From: an uncultured beta proteobacterium
GTDB taxonomy: Bacteria > Pseudomonadota > Gammaproteobacteria > Burkholderiales > Casimicrobiaceae
Assembly: GCA_963846855.1 (NCBI GenBank)
Contig: CAWJXK010000004.1
Span: forward strand, 380,307-444,306
Reading direction: 5' to 3'
Length of the DNA: 64,000 nucleotides
Below the pieces are notes generated by a model. The model saw only the letters and a list, made by a program, of their open reading frames with translations. It was not told the DNA's origin and did no database searches. A program made the translations under genes and the position numbers. Below, one piece after another: positions 28,332-37,512 of this stretch; position 1 is the first letter of the stretch; every line of letters starts with the position of its first letter.

Positions 28332-30017
28332 TCAGTCCTGCGGCAGCGCGGCATACGCCGCGTCGATCCGCGCCTTCATCGCCTGGATGAGCGCCGGTCG
28401 CTTCAGCTTGAGCGTGGGCGTCAGCAGCCCGTTCTCGACGCTCCACGCCTCGCGCGTCGCGATGACATTGCGCACGCGGATCCAGCGCGCAAACGCCTTC
28501 AGCTGATCGTTCGCGCGGCGTACGAGCGCCCTTTCGTCGTCCTCGTGCGTGACGGCGAGAAGCACCGGATACGGCCTCCCTTCGCCGATCACCATCACCT
28601 GCTCGAATACGGGATCGCGCAGGATCGCGAGCTCGACGTCCTGCGGCGAGAGCTTCTCGCCGTTCGACATCACGAGGATGTCCTTGGCCCGGCCGCGTAT
28701 GTAGATCTTCCCGCCGCGCAGCTCCGCGAGATCGCCGGTGTGAAGCCATCCGTCGGCATCGAGCGTCGCGTGCGTCGCTTCGTCGTTGCGCCAATACCCT
28801 CGCATCACGCTGGTGCCGCGGGCGAGAAGCTCGCCGCGGGTGTCGATCCTCACCTCGACGCCGGGCAAGGGCGCGCCGACCGATTCGGGATCGTTGTCGT
28901 CGTCGCGATTGACGGCGATGACCGGAGACGCCTCGGTGAGCCCGTAGCCCTGCAGCATCGTGAGGCCGAGACCGATGAACGTGCGCGCGAGCGCGGGATC
29001 GAGCGCCGCGCCGCCGACGACGGCAAGGCGCAGACGGCCGCCGAACTTCGCGAGCACAGGTGCGGCGACTAGCGCGCGCAATCCGACGCCGACCACCTGC
29101 TCCAGCGGCGACGCGCGCCGCTGTGCGATCCGCAGGCCGGTCGCGACACAGCGCTCGAACAGAAATCTCCTGACCGGCGATCCCGACAAATCGCGCTCGA
29201 TTCGCGCGCGAATGCGCTCGAAGATGCGCGGCACCGCGAATATCGCCGTCGGCGCCTGCACGACGAAATCCTCGGCAAGCCGGGCGATTCCGCGCGAGAA
29301 CGCGACCGTCGCGCCCAGCGACAGCGGCAGGTAGTAGCCGCCGGTCCGCTCGAACATGTGCGACAGCGGCAGGATCGACAGGAACACGTCGGTCGGGCGC
29401 GCCATCCGGGTCGCCGCGCACGCGTCGACGTTGGCGATGATGTTGCCGTGCGACAGCATCACGCCCTTGGGGCGGCCCGCCGTGCCCGAGGTATAGCAGA
29501 TCGTGGCCAGCGCGTCCGCGGGAAGCGGTTGCACTTCCACCTCGCCGCCTTCGGCCGGAAGGTACTGTTCCACCGAGTGCGTCGTCTCATCCGCCGCGCG
29601 CGACGCGTCGGCGCGCAGGATCACGATGCGCGGCGCGGGCGTCGCCGGGGAGAGCGCCTTGCGCACGCCGTAGGCGAGGCGCAGGTTCTCGACGATGACG
29701 ATTCGCGCCTCCGCGTTTTCGACGCACCACGCGATGCTCTCGACGTTGTCTTCGACGTAGAGCGGAACGACGACGAGCCCCATGCCCAGCGCAGCTAAGT
29801 CTGCCGCCACCCAGGCCGTGCCGTTGCGCGCACACAGGGCCACGCGCTCGCCGGCGGCGAGGCCGTCGCGCCGGAATGCCGCCTGCCAGCGCGCGATGTC
29901 GCGTGCGAGCGCGAAGGCAGTGATGTCGCGCCACACGCCGCCGGTTGCTTCGCGGTAGAGAACGGTGCCGGGCCGCGCGAGGTGGCGCGTGAAGAGTTCG
30001 GCGATGTTGGCGGCCAT
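28332..30017 (-). CDS. AMP-dependent acyl-CoA synthetase (long-chain type)
   Basis: YTSGTAGRPKGVML and GYGLTEASP motifs. I placed the start at ATG 30017 (MAANIAELF...); the longer ORF from 30182 adds an Arg-rich leader. Confidence 0.85.
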   Translation of the reverse strand: MAANIAELFTRHLARPGTVLYREATGGVWRDITAFALARDIARWQAAFRRDGLAAGERVALCARNGTAWVAADLAALGMGLVVVPLYVEDNVESIAWCVENAEARIVIVENLRLAYGVRKALSPATPAPRIVILRADASRAADETTHSVEQYLPAEGGEVEVQPLPADALATICYTSGTAGRPKGVMLSHGNIIANVDACAATRMARPTDVFLSILPLSHMFERTGGYYLPLSLGATVAFSRGIARLAEDFVVQAPTAIFAVPRIFERIRARIERDLSGSPVRRFLFERCVATGLRIAQRRASPLEQVVGVGLRALVAAPVLAKFGGRLRLAVVGGAALDPALARTFIGLGLTMLQGYGLTEASPVIAVNRDDDNDPESVGAPLPGVEVRIDTRGELLARGTSVMRGYWRNDEATHATLDADGWLHTGDLAELRGGKIYIRGRAKDILVMSNGEKLSPQDVELAILRDPVFEQVMVIGEGRPYPVLLAVTHEDDERALVRRANDQLKAFARWIRVRNVIATREAWSVENGLLTPTLKLKRPALIQAMKARIDAAYAALPQD

Positions 30018-30130
30018 GCAATTCCCCAGGCGCTTCGCCGGCGGCCGAACGGCAGCGTTTCGCGCCGCGGGCACGGACCGCCAGCGCGTCGCGGCTTGGC
30101 TATACTTCAGGCTCCCACAGGAGGTCCCGG

Positions 30131-30424
30131 ATGGCAACCCTCGCGATCGCCAAGAGCCACGCCCTCTCGCACAAGGCCGCAAAGGATGCGGCGGAACGAA
30201 TCGCCGAGGACCTGAACGAGCGATTCGACCTCGAATATTGCTGGAGCGGCGACGTGATCGAGTTCGAGCGGCCCGGTCTCACCGGCCGGCTGCACGTCGG
30301 AAAGCGGGAGGTGCGGCTCGACTGCGAGCTCGGATTCCTGCTCTCGATGCTGAAGCCGAAGATCGAGGACGTCGTGCACCGCGATTTCGACAAGTTCTTC
30401 GGCAAGGCGAAAGCGAAGAAATAG
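30131..30424 (+). CDS. putative polyhydroxyalkanoic-acid system protein (small, PHA_gran_rgn-like)
   Basis: 97 aa. The pattern ...GRLHVGKREVRLDCELGFLLSMLKPKIEDVV...FF matches the small PHA-system protein family as I remember it. Confidence 0.6.
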   Translation: MATLAIAKSHALSHKAAKDAAERIAEDLNERFDLEYCWSGDVIEFERPGLTGRLHVGKREVRLDCELGFLLSMLKPKIEDVVHRDFDKFFGKAKAKK

Positions 30425-30439
30425 GCGCGCGGCGCGCGC

Positions 30440-31198
30440 TCAATCCGCCGGCGCCGCCTGCGGCGGCGCGGCGGCGCGCAGCGTTTCGATCGGATCCGAA
30501 AACGGCGCGGTCTCGCCCGCGAATATCGATTCCACCAGCGCGCTCTCGCGCGCCGCGATCGTCGCGAGAAACTCGTCGGCGCCGCGCATCCTGCGAAACG
30601 CGCCGACGCCGCGCTCGAGAAAATGCTGGAGCGCCTCGAGCCCGGCCAGCCTTGCCGGCTGGCGCATCATCTTGAGCGCGCCGTGAATGAGCGGCTTGTC
30701 GACGTAATGGTCGAGCGCCGTCCCGATCTCGCCGATGAGCGCGATCTGCCGCTCGCGCTCGGGCCTTCGCCCCATCTTCCGGAATGCACGGCAATATTCC
30801 GCGACGGTGAAGCGGCCGTCGGGCCGCGCCAGGCGGGCGAGCAGCATGCGATCGAGCTCCTGCGACAGCGCGTTGAGCGCGACCGCCTTCGCGACGGTCC
30901 CGATCACGCCAGCCGGCAGCATCCGCGACATCACCGGCATCACACGCGCGAGATCGGCGTCCCGCTTTGCGAAATCGCCGCCGCCATAGAGGTCGGTCTC
31001 GAAAAATTCGATCGCGCGAAGGTACCGGGGCTGCGCCGCCAGGTCCGCGTAGGTGGCGTGCAGCCTGCGCGCCTGCCAGTTCGCGACGCGCTCGAGCGCG
31101 CCCGCGAGGATGGGATTCGCGAGGCGGTCGGCGTGCAGGCGCGCGACGTGCGCGAGCCCCGCCACGAGGGTCTGCTCTACCGCCGTCGATGGCGACAT
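30440..31198 (-). CDS. conserved hypothetical protein (possibly the family NCBI names FFLEELY-motif protein)
   Basis: 252 aa containing IEFFETDLYGGGDF. The family assignment is from memory only. Confidence 0.5.
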   Translation of the reverse strand: MSPSTAVEQTLVAGLAHVARLHADRLANPILAGALERVANWQARRLHATYADLAAQPRYLRAIEFFETDLYGGGDFAKRDADLARVMPVMSRMLPAGVIGTVAKAVALNALSQELDRMLLARLARPDGRFTVAEYCRAFRKMGRRPERERQIALIGEIGTALDHYVDKPLIHGALKMMRQPARLAGLEALQHFLERGVGAFRRMRGADEFLATIAARESALVESIFAGETAPFSDPIETLRAAAPPQAAPAD

Positions 31199-31403
31199 CG
31201 TGGATATCGAAATGGGCGAAGTCGGTCGTGCCGGTTATTGTCGCGGGACTCACGCGTCCCCTTCATCGGCTTCGTCGGGTAGTCTAGCCGAGTTGCACGC
31301 TCTGCGATGGCCGCGGCCGGGGATTAGATTGAATAGTCTAATCGCCGCCACTAGATTCGATACAGTCCGGGACCGCAGCCTGGCGGACTCCGAACGCCCC
31401 CCG

Positions 31404-31934
31404 ATGCCCACGCGCCGCACCTTTCTCGTTGCCGGAATCGCCGGCGGCGCCACTCTTGCCGCAACCTGGTATCTGCGCGGCGGTCGCGATCGCCGATCGG
31501 CTCCGGCAGCGACGGCCGCGCTCGCGCGCCTCGACCCGGAGGCGCCTGCGATCATCGCGGCGATCGCGCCGGTGATGCTCGAGGGCGCATTGCCTGCGGA
31601 TGCCCCGGGCCATGCTGCCGCGGTCGATGCGACCGTCGCCAACGTCGCGCGAGCGGTCGCCGGCCTGCCGCCGGCCGCGCAGAAGGAGCTCGCCCAGCTG
31701 TTCGCGCTGCTCGCGTTCGCGCCCACGCGCATGGCGCTCGCGGGCATCGCGACGCCCTGGTCCGATGCGCGCCCCGAGGCGGTCGCCACGATGCTGTCGC
31801 GCTGGCGCGACAGCAGCTTCGTGCTGCTTCGCTCCGCTCACGCCGCGCTGCATCAGCTCATCTTCGCTGCATGGTACGGCGATCCGGCTGCGTGGGCCGC
31901 GATCGGATACCCCGGTCCGCCAGAGCTGCCGTGA
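31404..31934 (+). CDS. Tat-signal small subunit associated with a GMC oxidoreductase (gluconate 2-dehydrogenase subunit-3-like)
   Basis: MPTRRTFLVAGIAGGATLAA is a twin-arginine signal. 176 aa, directly followed by (and overlapping) the GMC gene. Confidence 0.7.
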   Translation: MPTRRTFLVAGIAGGATLAATWYLRGGRDRRSAPAATAALARLDPEAPAIIAAIAPVMLEGALPADAPGHAAAVDATVANVARAVAGLPPAAQKELAQLFALLAFAPTRMALAGIATPWSDARPEAVATMLSRWRDSSFVLLRSAHAALHQLIFAAWYGDPAAWAAIGYPGPPELP

Positions 31935-33559
31935 GCGCGCCGATGAACACCGCGGTGCGCGACCCCTATCGCTCCGAGGAAGCGCGCGCATGGCGCATCG
32001 TGGACGCCGCACTCCTGCCGGACGATGCGGAATTCCGCTGCGACGTCGCGATCGTCGGCACCGGGGCGGGCGGCGGAACCGCGGCCGCGATTCTCGCCGC
32101 GGCGGGGCACTCCGTCGTGCTGCTCGAGGAAGGCCCGCTCAAATCCTCCAGCGATTTCCGGATGCGCGAGGCCGATGCCTATCCGCAGCTTTACCAGGAG
32201 TCCGCCGGGCGCCGGACGAAGGACAAGGCGATCACCATCCTGCAGGGACGCTGCGTGGGCGGCGGCACGACGGTCAACTGGACGAGCTCGTTCCGCACGC
32301 CGGAGACGACGCTCGCGTGGTGGGCGACGCATCACGGGATCGAGGGGTTTTCGCCCGAAGCGCTCGCGCCCTCCTTCGCCGAGATGGAGGCACGGCTGTC
32401 CATCGGGCCATGGGAGTTGCCGCCGAATGCCAACAACGCGGCGCTGGCGCGTGGCGCCGCGCGCATCGGCATCGAGACCCGCGCGATCCGGCGCAACGTG
32501 AAGGCGTGCTGGAACCTCGGCTACTGCGGCGTCGGGTGCCCCGTCAACGCAAAGCGCTCGATGCTGGTGACGACCATCCCGGATGCGCTCGACCGCGGAG
32601 CGACTCTCGTCACGCGCGTGCGCGCGCTCGAATTTGCCCACAGTCGCGGGCAGGTGACCGCGCTGCGCTGCGCGGCGATGGACACCGAGGGCGTGCACAC
32701 GAGCGCGCGCCGGATTACCGTGCGCGCGAAGGCCTACGTCTCGTCCGCCGGCGCGATCGGATCTCCCGGACTGCTGCTGCGAAGCGGCGTGCCGGATCCG
32801 CATGGCCTCCTGGGCAAGCGCACGTTCCTGCACCCGACCATCGTGAGCGCTTCCCTGATGCCGGAGCCGGTGCACGCCTACGCGGGCGCGCCGCAGACCA
32901 TCTACTCCGACCATTTCCTCGGGACACAGCCGATCGACGGCGCGGCCGGATTCAAGCTCGAGGCGCCGCCGGTGCACCCGATCCTCGGCGCGATCACGCT
33001 GCCCAGTGCCGGACGGGCGCACGCGGAATGGATGCGCGCGTTCCCGAACCTGCAGGTCGTGATCGCGCTCCTGCGCGACGGCTTCAACCCGGAAAGCCCC
33101 GGCGGCGCGGTGGCGCTCGACGGCGACGGCGCGCCGGTGCTCGACTATCCGTTGACGCCGTTCCTGTGGGACGGCGTGCGCCGCGCGCTTCGCGCGATGG
33201 CCGAGATCCAGTTCGCCGCGGGCGCGACGACGGTGATGCCGATTCACGGCGTCGGCGAGAGCTACCGGAGCTGGGGCGAGGCGCGCGCCGCGATCGACGC
33301 GTTCGCGCTGGGACCTGTCGTCACGCCGGTGTTCAGCGCGCATGTGATGGGCGGCTGCCCGCTCGGCCCCGACCCGATGCGCGCCGTCGTCGACACGACG
33401 GGTCGGCATCACCAGCTCGCCAATCTCTACGTCCTCGACGGCTCGATCTTTCCGACGTCGATCGGCGCCAATCCGCAGCTGTCGATCTACGGCATCGTCG
33501 CACGGCTCGCGCATGCGCTCGCAGCCGGGCTCGCGCCAGGCGAGGGCGCGGCTCATTAG
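31931..33559 (+). CDS. GMC-family FAD-dependent oxidoreductase
   Basis: FAD fingerprint DVAIVGTGAGGGTAA and C-terminal ...DGSIFPTSIGANPQLSIYG. Starts either at GTG 31931 (GTGA overlap with the upstream gene) or at ATG 31943. Confidence 0.85.
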   Translation: MSAPMNTAVRDPYRSEEARAWRIVDAALLPDDAEFRCDVAIVGTGAGGGTAAAILAAAGHSVVLLEEGPLKSSSDFRMREADAYPQLYQESAGRRTKDKAITILQGRCVGGGTTVNWTSSFRTPETTLAWWATHHGIEGFSPEALAPSFAEMEARLSIGPWELPPNANNAALARGAARIGIETRAIRRNVKACWNLGYCGVGCPVNAKRSMLVTTIPDALDRGATLVTRVRALEFAHSRGQVTALRCAAMDTEGVHTSARRITVRAKAYVSSAGAIGSPGLLLRSGVPDPHGLLGKRTFLHPTIVSASLMPEPVHAYAGAPQTIYSDHFLGTQPIDGAAGFKLEAPPVHPILGAITLPSAGRAHAEWMRAFPNLQVVIALLRDGFNPESPGGAVALDGDGAPVLDYPLTPFLWDGVRRALRAMAEIQFAAGATTVMPIHGVGESYRSWGEARAAIDAFALGPVVTPVFSAHVMGGCPLGPDPMRAVVDTTGRHHQLANLYVLDGSIFPTSIGANPQLSIYGIVARLAHALAAGLAPGEGAAH

Positions 33560-33561
33560 TG

Positions 33562-33590
33562 TGATTGCTCTAAACAAACAGGCTAGATTG
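33562..33590 (+). promoter_or_regulatory. shared phasin promoter/operator box, copy 1
   Basis: TGATTGCTCTA, 10 nt, then CTAGATTG. The same arrangement occurs upstream of the second phasin gene (41324-41353, minus strand). TAGATT is a plausible -10 element. Confidence 0.5.
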
Positions 33591-33640
33591 AAAGTTGGCG
33601 CTTTGGCGCTGAAATGAAAATCCTTCGAAAGGGAACGACC

Positions 33641-34102
33641 ATGCTGAAACAATCCACGAATTTCTATCCGCGGCAGATCGGTGAGTCCGCGCTGGCCGCG
33701 TCCCGTCAAGTGTGGCTCGCCAGCCTGGGCGCCACCGCGGTCACCCGCGACTGGGTGCAAGGCGAAGCTGGACACGTGTTCAAGAAGCTGGTGAAGGAAG
33801 GCAACGTCGTCGAGGCGAACGCGGTTCGCGTCGTCAACGAGCGGCTCGGCCCCTCGATCGCGCGCGCCAACATGGCGTGGCGCCGGACCCGCCGGTCGGT
33901 CGAGACGACCGTCAAGCAGGCTGCGGCCGTCGTCGTCGACTACGCCGAGCGGGTGTTGCCGAAGGCGCTGCCGAAGGTCGAATTCGTGCGCGCCGGCAAG
34001 TCGGTCGCCATCAAGCCCGTGGCTCCGGCGAAGCGTCGTGCGAAGGCCGTTCGCGCGCGCAAGACCAAGACCGTCCGCAAGACGCGGCGCGCAGCGAAGT
34101 AA
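33641..34102 (+). CDS. PHA-granule-associated protein (phasin, PhaF/PhaI-type N-domain) with a basic tail
   Basis: SRQVWLASLGA... is the N-domain motif. The C-terminus AKRRAKAVRARKTKTVRKTRRAAK is histone-like. I prefer ATG 33641 (MLKQS..., SD aaggga) over 33614, by analogy with the paralogue. Confidence 0.7.
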   Translation: MLKQSTNFYPRQIGESALAASRQVWLASLGATAVTRDWVQGEAGHVFKKLVKEGNVVEANAVRVVNERLGPSIARANMAWRRTRRSVETTVKQAAAVVVDYAERVLPKALPKVEFVRAGKSVAIKPVAPAKRRAKAVRARKTKTVRKTRRAAK

Positions 34103-34312
34103 GCCGCAAGCGGCCGGTTCGCGGCCGCGCTTGGAGCCGGACGTTTCGCCTGGGGCGGAACGGCCGGCTTTCGCCCTTCCGGCAACCGCGGTCGCGCAAT
34201 CGGAGCCATGCTAGGATTGCGCCACTGATGCAGGACGGCGGCCGCGAACCGTCGAGCGATCGTGCGAGTCGCCGCCCCAGGGTTCGCTGCCTTCACCTTC
34301 CAGAGGGGGGAC

Positions 34313-35581
34313 ATGTCGGGACCGACGGCACGCGGGCGCGCAACGTCCGCTGACAGGCTTCCACGCACGCCATCGGGCATAGGCCTCGCGTTGGCGGGTG
34401 GCGGTCCCCTCGGCGGCATCTACGAAGTCGGCGCACTCGTCGCGCTGACCGACTCGCTCGATGGCATCGACTTCAACGAGCTCGACGCGTACGTCGGCGT
34501 GTCGTCCGGCGGCTTCGTCGCCGCCGCGCTGGCCAACGGCATCTCGCCGGCGCAGATGTACCGGCTTTTCATCGACGACGGCGTCGACGCCGCGCTGACG
34601 CCGCAGATTTTCCTGCGTCCGGCGCTGGGCGAATTCGCCCGCCGGGCGGCGTCGCTTCCGCGCCTCTTCGCCCGCGCCACGATGCAATACCTGCGCGACC
34701 CGTTCCAGCGCGGAGCGATGGAATCGTTCGCGACCCTGTCGCACGCGATCCCCACCGGCATGTTCGACAATGCGTCGGTCGGCGACTTCCTGCGCCGGCT
34801 CTTTTCCGCGCCGGGCCGCACCGACGATTTCCGCAGACTGAGACACAAGCTCTTCCTCGTCGCCACGAATCTCGATTCCGGCGCATCGGTGACCTTCGGC
34901 GCCGCCGGGCACGACCACGTCCCGATCTCGAAGGCGATCGAGGCCTCTGCCGCGCTGCCCGGGCTGTTTCCGCCGGTGGCGATCGGCGGCGAGCATTACG
35001 TCGACGGCGCGCTCAACAAGACGCTGCATGCGTCGGTCGCGCTCGATCAGGGTGTCTCGCTCCTGCTGTGCGTCAATCCGCTGGTGCCGTACGACTCGAG
35101 CCACGCCACCGGACGCGACCACGTGACGCCGCGCAAGCTGAACCAGGGCGGATTGCCACTGGTGCTGTCGCAGACGTTTCGCGCCATCATCCACTCGCGG
35201 ATGAAGGTCGGCATGGAGAAATACCGCAAGCAGTACCCGCACGCCGACGTCGTGCTGTTCGAACCCGACCGCGAGGATGCGGACATGTTCTTCGCCAGCA
35301 TCTTCAGCTACTCGCAGCGCAAGCGCCTGTGCGCGGCCGCGTACGAGAAGACGCGGCAGAACCTCACGGCGCGGATGGCGGCGCTCGAGCCGCTGCTCGC
35401 GCGCCACGGAATCGGCATCCGCCACGACCGGCTCGCCGATGCGTCGCGCAAGGTCACGGACGCGCTCAGCGATCCGCGCCCGCTGCACACGAATCGCGAC
35501 GACAACGACGTGCGCCAGACGGCGCGCGATCTCACGCACACCCTGGACCAGCTGCAGCGCTGGCTCGCCGGCGCCGCCTGA
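34313..35581 (+). CDS. patatin-like phospholipase/lipase
   Basis: Oxyanion GGGPLGG, nucleophile elbow GVSSG, and the catalytic Asp in YVDGAL. ATG 34313 is preceded by GAGGGG. Confidence 0.85.
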   Translation: MSGPTARGRATSADRLPRTPSGIGLALAGGGPLGGIYEVGALVALTDSLDGIDFNELDAYVGVSSGGFVAAALANGISPAQMYRLFIDDGVDAALTPQIFLRPALGEFARRAASLPRLFARATMQYLRDPFQRGAMESFATLSHAIPTGMFDNASVGDFLRRLFSAPGRTDDFRRLRHKLFLVATNLDSGASVTFGAAGHDHVPISKAIEASAALPGLFPPVAIGGEHYVDGALNKTLHASVALDQGVSLLLCVNPLVPYDSSHATGRDHVTPRKLNQGGLPLVLSQTFRAIIHSRMKVGMEKYRKQYPHADVVLFEPDREDADMFFASIFSYSQRKRLCAAAYEKTRQNLTARMAALEPLLARHGIGIRHDRLADASRKVTDALSDPRPLHTNRDDNDVRQTARDLTHTLDQLQRWLAGAA

Positions 35582-35662
35582 CACGAACGGTGCGCGGGTT
35601 CCGTTTGCGTTGGCGGCGGACGCGCCCTACACTGCCCGCGTCACTTCCCCGAAGCGTCCACC

Positions 35663-36310
35663 ATGGCGGAAAGGAAACGTCCCCGCCGCACCCGCGAACG
35701 CATCCTCGAAACGAGCCTCGCGCTGTTCAACCGGGCGGGCGCGCCGAACGTCACGACGGCGGACATCGCCGACGAGATGAGCATCAGCCCGGGCAATCTC
35801 TACTACCATTTCGGCAACAAGGAGGAGATCGTCGGCGAGCTCTACGCCGCGCACGAGGCGCGCGTATTGCCGCTCTTCGCCGACCCGGGCGGCAGGGCGA
35901 TCGGCGTCGAGGATGTGTGGCTGTGGCTGCACGTCCTGTTCGAGGAGATCGCGCGGCACCGCTTCCTCTACCGCGATCTCGACCTCATCGCGGCGCGCGA
36001 TCCGAGGCTCGGCGCGCGCTTCGGCAAGCTCGTCCGGCAGGGCAGCGCCACCGTGATAGAGTTGTGCCGCGCGATGGTCGCAGCGGGCACGATGCATGCG
36101 AGCGAGCGCGAGATCGCGGCGCTCGCGCAAAACATCCTGCTCGTCGCCACCTACTGGCACTCGTTCGAGCGGGTGCGCCGTGCCGCGCGTGACGACGCCA
36201 GCCCGCCCGACGCCGGACGCGCGGCGTATCAAGTGCTGACCCTGCTCGCGCCGTACCTTGTTGGCGACGCCCGAACGCTAATCGAGCGACTGGGAGAGGA
36301 CTACCTTTGA
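35663..36310 (+). CDS. TetR/AcrR-family transcriptional regulator
   Basis: HTH segment NVTTADIADEMSISPGNLYYHFGNKEEIV. Confidence 0.85.
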   Translation: MAERKRPRRTRERILETSLALFNRAGAPNVTTADIADEMSISPGNLYYHFGNKEEIVGELYAAHEARVLPLFADPGGRAIGVEDVWLWLHVLFEEIARHRFLYRDLDLIAARDPRLGARFGKLVRQGSATVIELCRAMVAAGTMHASEREIAALAQNILLVATYWHSFERVRRAARDDASPPDAGRAAYQVLTLLAPYLVGDARTLIERLGEDYL

Positions 36311-36323
36311 GGAGAGGGGCGCC

Positions 36324-37100
36324 ATGGCGAAGAAATGGGCGAAGTTCCCGCATCCGGACAAGCGCTTCGCATACGACGCCGCCGGCCTGAAAAAGCATTG
36401 GCCGCGCCTGCATCGTGGCGACGGCGAGCCGTTCCCGAAAGACGCCGCGGTGCAGGAAGCCTGGCGCCATTTCCATTCCGGTGACTTCGCCGCGGCGGTC
36501 GAGGCAGGCGAGAGCGCCGGCGGGGCGGGCTTCAATGCCGCGGTCAAGGCGCAGGTCGTCTACGCGACCTACCTCGAGAAATCCGACAAGGCGAAGCTCG
36601 CGCTGCTCGAGGAAGCCGCAGGCTGGGCCGAGGCGCGCTGCGGTGCGGCGCCCAAGGACGCGAACGCGCACTACCTGCATGCCTTCGCGCTCGGCCGCTA
36701 CAGCCAGGGCATCTCGGTCGCGAAGGCGCTGGCGCAGGGCCTCGGCGGTCACGTCAAGGAGGCGCTGCTCTCAGCCATCAAGCTCGACCCGAAGCACGCT
36801 GACGCGCATATCGCCTACGGCGCCTACCAGGCTGAAGTGATCGATAAGGTCGGCGGCATCGTCGCAGGCATGACCTATGGCGCGAAGAAGGACTCCGCGG
36901 TCGAGCATTTCGAGAAGGCGATCAGGCTCAATCCCGATTCCGCGATCGCGCGCATCGAGTACGCCAACGGGCTCATCATCCTGTTCGGCAAGAGCAGAAT
37001 CGGCGAGGCCGAGAAGCTCTACCGGGAGGCGGCCGCCACGACTCCGGCGGACGCGATGGAGCGGCTCGACGTCGCGCGGGCGCAAGCCGAGCTCGACTGA
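36324..37100 (+). CDS. conserved hypothetical helical-repeat protein
   Basis: 258 aa with TPR-like helical pairs (KLDPKHADAHIAYGAYQ, IRLNPDSAIARIEYANGL). Lies 13 bp after the TetR gene. Confidence 0.55.
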   Translation: MAKKWAKFPHPDKRFAYDAAGLKKHWPRLHRGDGEPFPKDAAVQEAWRHFHSGDFAAAVEAGESAGGAGFNAAVKAQVVYATYLEKSDKAKLALLEEAAGWAEARCGAAPKDANAHYLHAFALGRYSQGISVAKALAQGLGGHVKEALLSAIKLDPKHADAHIAYGAYQAEVIDKVGGIVAGMTYGAKKDSAVEHFEKAIRLNPDSAIARIEYANGLIILFGKSRIGEAEKLYREAAATTPADAMERLDVARAQAELD

Positions 37101-37512
37101 TCGCGGGCCGTCGTCTCTGATACGGCGCCGCGCGAGCGGGATGGCGGCCAGAAATGAGCGCGCCTCTTCCCATTTCCGCTTCAATGCGGTAGGAATACAG
37201 CTTACAGCGGCAGGCGCGCAGGGGGGGCCGGGTGCTGCATTGCGTGATGTCGGCGCCGCCTGACAAGGCATTGTGGATCGCCCCTACTTTGTTGCGTTGC
37301 CTGCGGAAGTAGGTTTGTCGTGTGGCATGCAATCATGGTGCGCGGCTGCTATGTGCGACATCGAACGGACCATGGCTGGCTGTGTCTTCTATTCTCGTGC
37401 CCGGATCCTGCCGCGCCGATCTGCTGGAGGAACGACGAATCAGGCAGTCATGATCTGAACTTTCCGGGTTGTTCGTTTTGGACGAACCCCGGCTGGGGAA
37501 AGGCGAAAGACC

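Noticed and set aside
31276-31360. TAGTCTA / TAGATT words and a 6-bp inverted repeat (ATTAGA-N8-TCTAAT) in the divergent region upstream of the Tat-subunit gene.
   Set aside because: The region shares TAGATTGAA with the phasin-1 promoter, but the TGATTGCTCTA box is absent and no properly spaced -35 element exists. The evidence is too weak to call a site.
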